64,000 nucleotides of DNA. Source: Centroscyllium fabricii (lineage: Eukaryota). This document shows positions 11,908 through 25,001 of this stretch, piece after piece. Location of the stretch: contig JBNRSN020000016.1 of NCBI GenBank assembly GCA_051313645.2, positions 92,814,001 to 92,878,000 on the forward strand, in the 5' to 3' direction. A program made the translations under genes and the position numbers. Within the stretch, counting starts at the first letter, position 1. Each line of letters begins with the position of its first letter. The notes under the pieces were generated by a model. That model saw nothing but the letters and a program-made list of their open reading frames with translations. It was not told the DNA's origin and made no database searches.

Positions 11908-12380
11908 GTCTGGGAGCAAAGGGTTTGTGCAGAAGCCTTGAAGTCAGGACAAAGTACTTCAGCACCTGCCACACCACTCCCTGTAGACTTTAGCAACTTT
12001 AAAGAACTCTAGAAAGCACCAAACACTTGTGCAATCATAGCAACAGCCAGTAGAAATCAATTGGCAACTAACCTGATGCCTTTAAATAGCGCTGGCGGGG
12101 GGTCCTTCCTGCTGCAGAATGCGTGTTCATCTGTGCGAGCTTAAGAGAGGATGTTAGCTGGAGCCTTGCATTCCAAAATGGCGGCGCTGGCATCAAATCA
12201 GCGTTACACACTGACTGATGTCATGATCTGCCTACTCTGCAGACTTCCGGCGGATGCTTACCGTGCGCTAACGCTTTCATGAATGCAGTGCACCAGAAGA
12301 GTGCACGTGTGCCACTGATGCCATTTTGAACCTCTAAGTGCACTTGTAATGGGCGCTACGGATCCAAATTTTACACCATT

Positions 12381-13119
12381 GGGCGCGAAATTGGCATGCT
12401 AGCACCGGCCCGTATGGGCGCTAATTGGGCGCTACAGAATTAGCACTAGCGATCGCGCCCAGCGCGAAATTCCACTGAGCGCTAAGTTGGGGGCTAACTG
12501 ATAGCGCCTCAATGAATTTAGCGCACAGCTGGACATCGGGAATGACATCATCAGCCCACGCAGCGCCTGGGAGGCGCCCATGACTGAAATTGGGCAGCGC
12601 CTGCCGATTTATCGCTGGGTGCTGCCCGTGCCAGCTTTTTGGGGCTGTAACAGCAGCGGGGGAGCGCTGCTTAAAGGGGAGTGTGGCGGTCGGCCATTTT
12701 AATTGCTGGCCGACTACCAGCACCTTTCCCCACAGCCTGCCCCGCTGCTCCCCCGGCGGGGTCAGGCCTCCGGCAACTGAACCCGGCACTTCCCTCCAGT
12801 GCCGGGCTCCTTCTGGCGATTCTGCTCCCACAGCAGCCCCGCGGGGCTCCGGACGCAGCTGCGCTAGGCCCCTCCCCTTTAATCAGGGAGGAAGGCCTGC
12901 AGTACCACGGGCCGCCGCTGTGCGCTCCTTGGTGCAGTGCTGCGCCCGCATCCCGATATTCGGCAGCCTCACACCAAGAGCGAGGCGGACCGCCTGCTTT
13001 AGCGCCCGCCCTCCCATAATGGGCGATGCAGGCGAATTTTGGCCCTAATACACTGGCGCTAAAAATAGCGCATCGCCCGGGTCAGCGCCACAAAACGTGG
13101 GCTGACCAATTTAGCCCCC
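12381..13119. mobile_element. GC-rich non-autonomous Harbinger-like element (family A)
   Basis: TIRs GGGCGCGAAATTGG / CCAATTTAGCCCCC with ATT TSD. The internal CCCCTCCCCTTTAATCAGGG..GGCCTGCAGTACC block is shared, inverted, with 62200-62808. Confidence 0.8.
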
Positions 13120-13122
13120 ATT

Positions 13123-13682
13123 GAATTTACAGCACAGTAACAGGCCATTCTGCCCAGCTGGTCTATGCCAGTGTTTATGCTCACACGAGCCTCCTCCCAC
13201 CCTACCCATCTAACCCTAGTGACATATCCTTCTATTCCTTTCTCTCTTTTGTGCTTATCGAGCTTCCCCTTAAATGTATCCCTGCTATTCACCTCAACTA
13301 CTCCTTGTGGTGGCGAGTTCTACATTCTAACCAGTCGCTGGGTAAAGAAGTTTCTTCTGAATTCCTTATTGGATCTATTAGTGACTCTTGTATTCATGGC
13401 CCCTAGTTTTGGACTACCCCACAAGTGAAAACAACTTCTCTTCATCTATCTTATCAAACCCCTTCATAATTTTATCGACCTATATTAGGCCACCCTCTCA
13501 GCCTTCCCTTTTCTAGCGAAAAGAGACCCAGCCTGTTCAGTCTTTCCTAATAGTTATAACTTCTCAGTTCTGGTTTCATCCTTGTGAAAGTGTTATGTAC
13601 CTTCTCCAGTGCCTCTATATGCTTTTTGTAATATGTAGACCAGAACTGTGCACAGTACTCAAAGTGTGATCTAACCAAGTTC
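13123..13682 (-). mobile_element. CR1 LINE 3' fragment
   Basis: Minus strand reads DTFKGKLDKH..GIEGY and a PHFEYCAQFW-like motif. The tail resembles 23000-23260. Confidence 0.85.
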
Positions 13683-14597
13683 TTTGGCTTAGCTTTTCCT
13701 TTGCCTGCAGCCTATTCAAATTAGGGGGAGAGACCCCAGTGGAAAATATGACTGGGCCAGCCCTCTGTGCTGCAGGCATAGGTGAGCTTGTGCTTTCTAC
13801 CAATGTCCACGTCGTTGTTTCAATTATTGGAAAATCAGGGATCGTAAGTGCTGTTTTACGCTTGGAATCCCTGTTGCTGTTAAGTAGGGTTAAGTTAAGC
13901 CATTTATTAATGCAGTACATTAACAAATTTGTAGTATTTTAATAAAAGCTGTACTTATTCTGGAAAATACGGCAATGCATAAAAGTCGTAACAATGATTT
14001 ATCACTGACAATTTTACGTTGAAAGAAAAACAGTAGTAGCATTGTGAAAGGTTTTTTTTTTGACTCCATATTATAAACCAAGGCTTTTGGAAAATGCACT
14101 GCTGGTGGCAAGAGTAGTAAGGTCTGCTTACTTTCTCCCTAATTGCTTGAGAAGGAGATACTGTCAGTTTATGCATACACTGGGTTTTGATCCAGAAGGT
14201 CTTTTGATGTGATGATAGCTGCAATTTTAAAAAACAGTTACCATATTTTCCTTGGTACTTGATATTCTTTGATGCACTAAATATAAATAGCCTAAAAATA
14301 GCTGTTTTAATGCCTTAATATACTACTGGAGGATCTGTCTTTAATTGCCATCATATGTAACAAATATTGTGGATATGACGTGGGTAATAACTATGCCTAA
14401 AATAGATTAAACTAAATTCAATGTGGCTACTATTAGAGTTTCCAAACAGACAGAGGAAGATAATTGTCTCATAAGATCAGGAAATGCAGTTAGCACTGGA
14501 GATTCATGGCCATTATGATGAAGGTTATGTGTAAGAATGTAGCTTATTCCAACTTTGTCCTTTATGAGCCTTTTAACAGCAGGACTATTGACTGTAT

Positions 14598-15569
14598 GAT
14601 GGGAATTTTAACCCCCAAAACATGTGGATTTGGGTCGGGTGGGATGTAAATATTTTTTAAATCTCAAACCCGAACCCAACCTGCCCCGAACCCACCACTT
14701 CCAGTTTTAATGGAGTAAGGATTAGGGGAGTGGGGGCGTGGACAATCAAATATTTTAATGTTTCTGCGTGCCTCAGATTTTAGCTACATTTTAAATTCAA
14801 CCCTGGCCAGCTGGGTTTCCCGGGCCTTGGGAAACCCGACAGCTAAGGGGAGGCGAGGACTGCTGCGAGAAAGAGGTAAATGGCTTTCCAGCACTGCTTG
14901 TGGGCCAGGAAGAGCAGGAGTGCTTCCTCCCAGCCCCGACAAGCCAACCTGCTTCCCTCCCTGCGATCTGACCCCCCTGCGATGGAACACCACCCTCCCA
15001 CCCCCGCCAACCCCCGCGCAATCGGACTACCGCCCTCCCCCAGAATCGGATCCCTCTATGATATCACCGACTCTCCCCCACACTATCATCGGCTACCCCA
15101 TGATCGGAACACCCCCCCCCCCGCGCAATCACCGACCACCCCCCGCAATTGGACCCCCCATGATCGGAACCCCCCACTATATCAACGACCCCTCCGCCCC
15201 CACAATATTACAAATTCCCCCCTCCTTACTATATCACTGATCCTACCCGCCCCAGGATCGAACCCCCCCCCCCCCGTAATCACCTACCCCTCCGACCCCA
15301 CCCCACCGCGATCACACCCCAACCCTACAGCCACTTTGTACCCACCCCCATCGCAATCTCTAATGCAGTAGCTCAAACTTATGCGCTCCTGGGCTGCAGC
15401 CTCTGCTGCAGTGTTCCCCGCCTGACAGGGAGCCAAGCCTATCAATCAGGTTGGCTTCTGGGCAGTGATCCTGTTTTTAAAAAAATCCACGCACACTGTG
15501 GAGTCAAAACTCCTCGGCGCTCAGTCCCAACCAGAGCTTGCCCCACCCCCCACTTGGAAATCCCGCCCC
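14598..15569. mobile_element. Non-autonomous Harbinger-like element (family B) with C-rich GATC subrepeats
   Basis: GGGAATTTTAAC...GAAATCCCGCCC ends. The block TTGTGGGCCAGGAAGAGCAGGAGTGCTTCCTCC recurs inverted at ~59966-60003. Confidence 0.65.
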
Positions 15570-18500
15570 TGTACATATGGGGGCCTATGTCTCTTTAATA
15601 TTAGAGTGACAACATTGAACTTGAATAACTTTCCTTACTTTAGAATTAGAAACAAGAGCTTTCAATGGCTTTTTCCCCCATTTTAAAATCATAGAATCAT
15701 TTGTTGCCAAAGTTTAATTTTGCCCCTTGCCCTCAATCTCTTGCTCCTCTTTCTAACTAAAGCTGTAAGATTGAGACTTTAGGTTGAAGAATCCAGGTAC
15801 ATTTGATATGAATTCAAAACATGCAGACATTCGCATTCATTGCTGTAAAACTGTCTAAAGTACAATTTGATGCCATTTCTGGTGAAAAAAACTTAGTGGT
15901 GACAAATCTCGTGCTGACTTGACAAGATTCTCATTTCACGTGACTTTTCCCCCCCTTTGTCTTTCAATCATTACAAAGAAATGTCAGTTTGAACTGTTAA
16001 AAGCAGGCAGCAAATGAAGAAAGCATTGCACAGCACCACTGTAGAATGATTGTTGTGCACAGAGGTAGTGTACAAATGCCTCATACAGTTGCAACATTAT
16101 TTTCCACAATCCTGCTCTGAGCCTACAGCTGGCCAGAATGACCTCCAACGCGCTTCCTAAACTTTAACATATCAAGTAGAGGAGAAAATATGTCTCCTTA
16201 GTTCACATGGTGAGGCGAGATTCTGTACTACAATGATAAATAATGTGCAAAGATGAGAAAGTACAGACCTGTTGATTCTTTGCCTTCTGCTTGTCAGATA
16301 TGTGGCACGGAGAGTTTAGTATTCATCCTGCTAAATTTGTAGAACTGAAAAATATGTTGGCATGGCAGGAACTTATGGCAGCAGACCTGATAATTTTGCC
16401 AAACATATTGCATGCCTGGCAGTCATCTGCAATCTTAGCTCACTGGGGCCTGTTCATAGGAAAGATGACATGTACTAACACGTAGCTTACATGAACCCAT
16501 TTCTGGGTGTCACTCAGCCGCTGTTGTTTTTCACTTCCTTCCCATATAACCTTCAAAGGCTGTCTTTTAACGTACATTTATTAAAACTTTTTATCATTGG
16601 TCAATTGACTGCTAGAGTGACTCCTCAAAACCGTCATGAAATGATTGCCTACTTGCCGAAAAAATATTGAGGCTGCGAGAGAAGCTTTGCTTTGTCAGGA
16701 GGAAGAAAATAAAGAGAAATCGGCTGAGCTTCAAAGGGCACATTTCCATAATTGCCCTGTAACTTTGGAAAAATAAATCTGAAGGGCTGAGAAAAGCACA
16801 GTCTCTCAGATGAGTGCACTACAAAAGCCAAAGAGGTCCCCAGTCCCACTTGTTACTATTCCAATTCAGTGAGAGAATCCCGCTCCCTACCCTCCGCAAC
16901 AAAAGCCACAAAATCACTGTCCTGTTCTCTTAAAGGAGCTCGGCCTGAAGAATAGAATCTTATCCATCCTTTGTCTCAGTCTCGGCACCAACTACTCCTG
17001 AAAAGTTGTACTGCAGGTCTTCTGTGCTCAGAATTGCTGGATATCCCGTCTTTTGACACTGACATTTTTGTTCACAACAAGACGAGCTTTTGTGGTGATA
17101 TTCAGAAAGAACAATCAAGAGAGCCTAATAAACGGATTAGTGGGGCAGACAAAGAGCTGCGGTGGCTTCAAAGCTAGACCAACGACACAATAGAGATGAC
17201 ATTTGTTCATCTTGGGGCTCAGGCGAGCACTGGGTGAATGTGCTGTCCGTGATGATGCCAGTAAACAATGGGTGAAGTTGGAAAGAGGGTGAAAAACACC
17301 AGACATCAGTCTTTGTTTCTCGGAGCATGGATAAGGCATTTGCAGCTAAGTATTGGAAATGCACTGTTTTATTTACTTTTGAATTTTCTCTTATTTGAAT
17401 TATTGCTGATGGCTTCTTCTTCTTTTAAGCCTTGTGAGAAGATAAACATACAGTTCATCACACAATATGAAGAATATATCTTTCAACTTAGTTGTGCTAT
17501 CATTGCTTCTCTCTATAAGAAAACAGACGGATGCTGTTTAACATTATTTTCCACTTCGGCGTGCCTTGCAGAACTATAGCAAAAAGCAATAAAAGCGCAA
17601 AGTGGATTGAGTGACAATGGAACCTGAGCTGTAGCTTTTGGATTGAGGCTTTGCTTCATTGCTTCTCAATCTTATTCTCCAGTGTCTCAGCACAGGGATT
17701 GCATCACAGTATTTAACATTGCTAGGAGCAAAGGAATAAAGTCAAGCCAGTGTTGATTATTGCTCATTAGCCACAAGGACATACGTTTGTGTGTGAATAA
17801 ATGAATGACACCGTGTCCTGATGGAAATAGTCCTAGTGTAGCTCTAAGCAAAATGTCAGCTAACGTTTCCATTTGCTTATTATTAGAGAATCCTGTTGGA
17901 TGCAAATGGGAATATAAGCATCCACGATTATTTTATTCCTTGTAGACAATGTTTAACAAACCTGCTTAATTTCTTCTGTGATGCTATAACAAAGACATTT
18001 AGTGAACATTTTTATTAAAATTGATGTTGGCTGGATTTAGCATTTTTGAAATCTTGACATTATATCCTATGAAATAGGGTTGAAGTAAATCGGGTTCTGT
18101 GCTTTTTCCATCTATTAATGGTTGAAGTGCAAAGATGATCCCAACTGTAGCTGCAATTTTTGTCTTGTTTATATGCCATGGCAATTATAGATGTTTAAAT
18201 AAAATGGAGATGATTCTTGTTTTTAAAAGCCTATGTAAAGCCTATTCATGAGCATATCTAAAACATGCCTTAGTTGAAACATGCTATCTGAAAGTGTCCA
18301 CGACTGAGAATCTGAATAGAAAATGTGACAGTCAGCCGATAGTAACTCCGATGTCTGTACAAAAAGCAATATAAAACCTTTTAGTGGAGCCAGCATTGTC
18401 TGGATCCAGCCAGCAACACCTGTACCTGTATTGATACCTAATAAGACACATTATCAGACTTATACCTATAAGCCATTCCTATACCTAGAACCAAAACCAA

Positions 18501-18679
18501 ATTTACATTCATACCCAAACTGTAGCCATAACAACCAAGTACTTAGTTTTCCCATTCATACATATCTCCATTTTATTCAAACATCTATAATTGCAATGGC
18601 ATATATTAGATTTAAATATATGTAAATTTAATTTAAACAAATTCTTGATACTTTAATGTATGAGATATAGTTCTTAGAG

Positions 18680-18821
18680 TTGGGGGTGTTGCGGGATATG
18701 GGGAGGGGGTAGGAGGGGGTGCTGGGTTTGGATGATCAGCCATGATCTCATCAAAAATGGCGGAGCAGGCTTGAAGGGCTGAATGGCCTACTTCTGCTCC
18801 TATCTTCTGTGTTTCTGTGTT
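18680..18821 (+). mobile_element. HE1/CR1 3' tail fragment
   Basis: GGATGATCAGCCATGATCTC...GAATGGCCTACTTCTGCTCCTATCTTCTGTG. Confidence 0.8.
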
Positions 18822-19524
18822 AAAACTAGCCCATAATGTGTATTATATCGCTTATCAAACATTACTATATTTCCTGAAAATAATGCATTGCTGTTTTAAA
18901 CATTCAGAAATCAAAATGCATGTTATTACTTTCCTAAATATATGCACTTCAGAAATGACACACTGATTCCACTTTTGTACCTGAAACGTCACTTTATAGG
19001 CTACCTAGTCACCTGTCCAATCAACTCACCCTGTTTAGCAAAACGAAATGAGTGGAAAAACTTCCTGCGTATGCTATTCAAAAAACCTGAAAGAACACTG
19101 GCTGAGAGTTCAAGAACAAAATCACATGGAGTCCCCAACAATTATGTATGAGTAGTAAATGTACATTTACATGGCCTATCCCTAGCTACAGACCACATTT
19201 ACTTGTGAAAAAGGTGTTTGGAAAAACAACACTAGTCTCCCACTATTATATCACATCATACACAATGCAGACCAAATGGTCATGCTTTATATAGGTCAAT
19301 GACTACTATGTACTGTGAACAAAATTGAGTAAAATGAAGCATTAATTACTAACTATTTGCCTTCATGGAGCTTCCTCAGATTTATTTTTGATGGAAGCAG
19401 ATATTTGAATGGACCAGTTTAGTGAACAAGAACAAGTATTTTGTTGTCGTTTTCCTATAAACTGAGAAATTACTGTCTACTGTTTTACAAGCCAGTTGTA
19501 TGCATTTGATGGTTAACTGCCGCA

Positions 19525-19650
19525 GCATATTTGCAGTGCTGTGACCATTTTCAATTGCAAAAATAACAACGAATTCATTCATTGGCTGTAAAGCGCTTTG
19601 GGGTATCCTGAGGATGTGCAAGGTACCATATAAATGGAAGCTCGTTCTTC
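19525..19650 (+). mobile_element. Deu-SINE / L2-type tail fragment
   Basis: TCATTGGCTGTAAAGCGCTTTGGGGTATCCTGAGG...ATATAAATG is the reverse complement of the tail at 21420-21490. Confidence 0.65.
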
Positions 19651-20924
19651 TCTTTAACAGCAGTGAACCTCTCATAAACAGCTCACAGAGTTAAAGATGC
19701 AGTATGCCTTAGGCAGGATTTGTTGGTGGTCGCATCGCGAATAATAATTTGCCAAAGTAAAGAATATTTCTAAAATCTGACTCACTTTTTAAAGGAAATG
19801 ATTAAAGGCTGTGAGAAACTCCACCGGACCCATTATTGTTAATGTGAACGGCTGAGGTAAGTGCAGCTACCTGCAGTCCACAATGCAATGGCACACGGAC
19901 AGTTACATGGAGGCAGGCTGGAGCAGCTGAGACTAGGCCGTGTTGTTCTAAACATTTTCAATCTTGGTTGTTACATTAAAAAAATTCAAACGACACCCTC
20001 AAAGGATGAAGCAAAGGAACTCTACATCTTAAAAATAAAAGTTGAAAACTGGAACAGCGCCATTCCTTCGAAGCTCTTTCAAAATTTGAAATGTGATCTG
20101 CGTGGACCACCAAGGATGAGAAATGTCTCTTTAATTATTATTTATACTACATTTATAACTTTTATACCCCAGGACTAAGGTTATGAAAACACTGTTATAG
20201 TAATACTCCTTAAAATTAGCTCTAGATTTTTACCTTCATTTCTCAACTTGTTTTGAATTACTCAAATCAGAAACCACTTTATACATATATTATTTCTAGT
20301 TCTTTCACGATTAGTTCTTATAGATGTTCAAATCACTGGAATGCAGAGACATTTGATGTCACAAAAGTACCTTAGCACTGCTGTCATTTTTTTATATTAA
20401 TTGTCAAGTAAAGGCAGTAACAAGAGCATAAAGTGAATGTTTATCCCTTGAAAAGGATTTCTCCCTGATGTTACAGACCTGATCTAGTTTGCCAGCAGAG
20501 TTATCCAGCCTGACAAAAATCAACACCTCCACTAATTAACTGCCAACAAGGCTCCAATGTTAGGAAAGCAAAAGACATTGCACAGAATAAATTACAGCTG
20601 GCTGAAACTTTTTTTTCATCAAAATTGCTGCACAGCAATTTTGTTTTTTAAAGTACAGTTTTCTTGGCCAAATTCCCTCTTGGCTGTTCAGCTCTGATGT
20701 TGCGCTGTGTTGAGTGATCTATAAAATGGCTGACACCACCAACTGATGCCATGTGCGGCAATGCCTCCATACGTGGAAAACCTTTCACTTAGGCACGCTA
20801 CAGCCCTCTGGACTAAACATAGATCAACAATTTTAGATCATAACCTCGGCCCCTACCACACTTTTATATATATATTTTCTCTCTTTTTTCAATCCACACT
20901 TTTGTCTGGGCTTTTTTCTTTTTT

Positions 20925-21222
20925 TCCTTTTTTTTCTTTACTCTGCCAGAGCCGTTCACACCTATACAGAGCCATCCTGTGTTCCTTCTATTTCTCTGAA
21001 TATCTCTTACCTTCCCCGCTTCCTAGCCTATTGCTAATCTTTCCTTTGTTCTTTCAGCTCCCCCCTCCCCCTTTCCCCAGCCTCCACAAGCTTTAAATCT
21101 ACCCCCCCTCCCGGCTTCTCCAGTTCTGAAGAAAGGTCATCGACCTGAAACGTCAACTATGTTTCTCTCTCCACCAATGCTGCCTGGCCTGCTGAGTTTC
21201 TCCAGCGTTTTCTGTTGTTATT
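20925..21222 (+). mobile_element. Penelope-like element terminal-repeat remnant
   Basis: Pyrimidine-rich body, then TTCTGAAGAAAGGTCATCGACCTGAAACGT...GCTGCCTGGCCTGCTGAGTTTCTCCAGC, a typical shark PLE end. Confidence 0.75.
21122..21158 (+). ncRNA. Minimal type I hammerhead ribozyme motif
   Basis: AGTT-CTGAAGA-A-AGGTC-ATC-GACCT-GAAA-C-GTC-AACT. Both core boxes, a 5-bp stem II, stem I AGTT/AACT, palindromic ACGT stem III and a GUC cleavage triplet. Confidence 0.7.
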
Positions 21223-21421
21223 ATGGAAAATTGTCTGATTAGCATCCAAAAAAGAATTTCAGAGTAACTGACAGGCAAATTGGTTGTTGTTTATGCAAAT
21301 AGATAATCACAGCAAAGAGGTTAAAACTGTTAATCTATTGTACTTTTACCACAACCTTGCATATATTTTCAAAGTCTGCGCCCTGGTTTAGAAATAGAAA
21401 AGAAGAAAAAAATGACTTGTA

Positions 21422-21867
21422 CCCCTGTATTTATATAGCGCCTGTCACAACTTCAGGATGTCCCAAAGTGCTTTACATCCAATGAAATACTTTTTGAAAT
21501 GTAGTCACTGTTGTAATGCAGGAAACGCAGCAGCCAATTTGCGCACAGCAAGGTCTCACAAACAGCAATGAAATAAATGCTAATCATCTGATTTAAGGTT
21601 TGGATGAGGGATAAATGTTGGCCAGGACACCAGCAAAACTCCCCTGCTCTTCTCTGAAGTGGGATCTTTTATGTTCACCTGAGAGGGAAGACAGTGCCTC
21701 AGTTTGACATCTCATTCGAAAGACAGCACCTCCGACAGTGCAGCACTCCCTCAGTACTGCACTGGAGTGTTAGCCTAGGTTATGTGCTGAAATCTCTGGA
21801 ATGGGACTTGTACCCACAACCTTCTGACTCAGGGGGGAGAGTGCTACCACTGAGCCACAGCTGACAC
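21422..21867 (-). mobile_element. tRNA-derived Deu-domain SINE (SacSINE1-like), near full length
   Basis: Minus-strand head GTGTCAGCTGTGGCTCAGTGGTAGCACTC...TCAGAAGGTTGTGGGTACAAGTCCC, the core CAGTACTGAGGGAGTGCTGCACTGTCGGAGGTGCTGTCTTTCG, and an L2-like tail. Confidence 0.85.
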
Positions 21868-21974
21868 GAAAGGTCAGTTATCATATCTCACTCGCACACA
21901 AATCTCATTCAGCACCTCGCTGTCCAGCAGACAGTTTTGAATGCTTCTATGGTGTACATTTTATGCATATTGTT

Positions 21975-23262
21975 GATGTAGTGGTGTTCCACAAGGATCA
22001 GCGCTGGAACCACTGCTGTTCACAATTTACATTAACAATTTAGACTTTGGAATCAAAAACACAATTTCTAAATTTGTGGATGACACCAAATTGGGGATTG
22101 GGATAGTTAATAATGAGGAGGACTGCAACAAATTACAGGAGGACCTTAATAAACTTGCAGAATGGGCAAATAATTGGAAAATTAAGTTCAACACAGGTGA
22201 ATGTGAGGTATTACATTTTGGTAGAAAGAATAGGGAGGTCAATTATTACTTGGAGGGTGTGAGTCTAGGTCGGTTAGAGGAACAAAGGGATCTCGGAGTA
22301 CAAATACACAAATCACAAAGTTGTGACATAGGTTAGCAAGGCCATTAAAAAAGCAAACCAAGCACTAGGGTTTATTTCTAGAATTGAAAAGTAGGGAAGT
22401 TGTGCTAAACCTGTATCGAACCTTGGTTAGAAACATAGAAACATAGAAGATAGGAGCAGGAGTAGGCCATTCGGCCCTTCGAGCCTGCTCCGCCATTCAA
22501 TGAGATCATGGCTGATCATCCAAACACAGTACCCCGCCCCTGCCCTCTCCCCATATCCCTCGATTCCTATAGAGCCTACACCGACACATATCCCACCCTA
22601 TTCCCGTAACCCCACATATTCTATCCTCCTAACACTAAGGGTCAATTTATCATGGCCAATCAACCTAACCCGCACATCTTTGGACCACACTTACACCACA
22701 CTTTGAGTTCTGCATACAGTTCTGGTTGCCATATTATAAAAAGTATATAGAGGCACTGGAGAGGGTGCAGAGAAGATTTACAAGGATGACACCAGAAATG
22801 TGAGGTTATACATATCAGGAAAGGATGTGGGTTTCTTTTCTCTTGAAGAAAAAAGAAGGCTGAGGGGTGACCTAATAGAGGTCTTTAAAATTATGAAAGG
22901 TTTTGATAGAGCGGATACAGAGAGAATGTTTCTACTTGTGGGGAAGAGCATAACTAGAGGCAATCAATATAAGATAGTCACCAAAAAATCCAATAGGGAA
23001 TTCAGAAGAAATTTATTTACCCAAAGAGTGGTGAGAATGTGGAACTCGCTACCACAGGGAGTGGTTGAAGCGAAAAGTATAGATACATTTAAGGGGAGGC
23101 TGGACAAACATATGCGGGAGAGGGGAATAGAGGGTTATGCTAATAGATTTAGATGAGGAAAGACGGGAGGAGGCTGGAGTGGAGCATAAACGCCAGCATG
23201 GACTGGTTGGGCCGAATGGCCTGTTTCTGTGTCGTACATCCTATGTAATCTAAATCCTATGT
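21975..23262 (+). mobile_element. CR1 LINE 3' portion, interrupted by a V-SINE
   Basis: GVPQGSALEPLLF, KFVDDTKLG, RDLGV, RRLRGDLIEVFKI, LFTQRVVRMWNSLP and the tail. Confidence 0.92.
22429..22684 (-). mobile_element. HE1-like V-SINE, 5'-truncated, inside CR1
   Basis: Near-identical to 24602-24857. Splits the CR1 at TTAG|ACCACAC. Confidence 0.88.
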
Positions 23263-24392
23263 AATATAACTTTTCACACTTGTAGAGTTTCACTCCCCAA
23301 ACCAAAATAAAACACAGATAACACAACATCAAGAGATTATAGCAATAATCACTTTGGCTCCTGGTGTCAGATCTTACCACAGGCCTCCAACCTCTTTAAC
23401 ATACATCAAAGAAATGTCATTTCGAACCATAATTTCACAATATATCTTACAACACGATCATACTTAATAAGCCACAAGTGATGAGTCATGAGTGAGTATA
23501 TCTGCTGTAATAAATGGGAGATTATTGTAAACCACTGCCCTTTAATTTATGATACTTTTACCAGAACCTCATACACACTTTATTTATTATAGGTAAACTG
23601 CAGCATCATTTTTTTAAATGGTGACAATTTTCTCACGGGATCTGTTTTTTCATAAAATAAACCCTGTTCTGGCATCACTGGGAGAATTTAGTCAAAAATT
23701 TGAACTCCTAAAATTCTGAAATCATATATTTGTTTCTTAACTCTTACTTTACAGAATGAACAGGAACAACAGGTTCGAGCTCAACATTACCTAATCACTG
23801 CTTCCTAATTGACCTTACTTTCTCTCCTACTCCTTTAATCCTTGGTTATGTCCTACTTTATAAGCCTTGGTCCTTCACCAAAGTTTCTCAATTAAAAATA
23901 AGTCAAATGGCATTTTAAAGATTAAAAGCAGGTAGAGTTTTCTACCCACAAGACTCTGCTGTTATCAGGATTGCAAACGGAGGTAAATTTCTTTTAAGTG
24001 ACTTGCTGGTAAATGGACTAATCTGTAAGATATAGTGCAACAGTTCTTTAAAACCAAAGCAAACATTACGTGATAACTGACAGCTAAATGCTTGTTGGGA
24101 AATCTGGCCTACAGAAGCAAACAGACACATTGGCTTATTCTCAGCTTTTAAAACTAAGACTATTAAACAGACTGTGGCTTTTTTGTATCACTATAAGTCA
24201 TTAATATGGTGATTACTAGACAGGCTAAAGGACAAAGTGTACAAGGTCATGAAAGGCACTTTTACACTATAGCTGGGATCCAAGGAGATCATTCTCAAAA
24301 GGAGACCTGTAAATTGCCGTGCACATAGTGCCACCACACCTAATCAAGACCTGTTGGAAGCCATTTTTTGTTCATATGGATCCATGTTTTCC

Positions 24393-24418
24393 ATATATAT
24401 ATATATATATATATATAT
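24393..24418. repeat. (TA)n microsatellite
   Basis: About 13 AT units. Confidence 0.9.
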
Positions 24419-24601
24419 GTGTAAATTACACAGCTACACATACACAAATGTGGGCTGGAAGGGGATTCCGTGAATGATCCTTGCTGAGGAAGATAGGACC
24501 CAGTGAGAAAGATTTCAATGGAGAAGAATCGTCTTTTTGGTATTTCTGTAGATAATACATGCAGGAAAGAGTCAGGTTTTTGTGGCAGGACAGTGCTGGT
24601 T

Positions 24602-25001
24602 AGAAACATAGAAACATAGAAACTAGGAGCAGGAGTAGGCCATTCGGCCCTTCGAGCCTGCTCTGCCATTCAATGAGATCATGGCTGATCATCCAAACCC
24701 AGTACCCGCCCCTGCCCTCGCCCCATATCCCTCGATCCATATCGAGCCTGCACCGACACATATCCCACCCTATTCCCGTAACCCCACACATTCAATCCCC
24801 CTAACACTAAGGGTCAATCTATCATGGCCAATCAACCTAACCCACACATCTTTGGACTGTGGGAGGAAACCGGAGCACCCGGAGGAAACCCACGCAGACA
24901 TGGGGAGAATGTGCAAACTCCACACAGATAGTACCCGAGGCTGGATTTGAACCCGGGTCTCCAGAGCTGTGAGGCAACAGTGCTAACCACTGTGCCACCG
25001 T
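24602..25001 (-). mobile_element. HE1-like V-SINE, full length
   Basis: tRNA-like head (CACGGTGGCACAGTGGTTAGCACTG...GGGTTCAAATCC), V domain (GTGGGTTTCCTCCGGGTGCTCCGGTTTCCTCCCACAGTCCAAAGA) and CR1 tail. Confidence 0.93.

Larger units (their letters stand above)
2413..12377. mobile_element. Decayed autonomous-type PIF/Harbinger DNA transposon with convergent Myb-like and transposase genes, carrying nested insertions
   Basis: Contains the Myb/SANT and HARBI1-type remnants listed below. Termini are degenerate GG...(A)ATTT-type inverted repeats, each flanked by ATT (2410-2412 and 12378-12380). The left boundary is less certain. Confidence 0.7.

Noticed and set aside
14758-15371. Proline-rich ORFs
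   Set aside because: They arise from C-rich subrepeats of a non-autonomous element.
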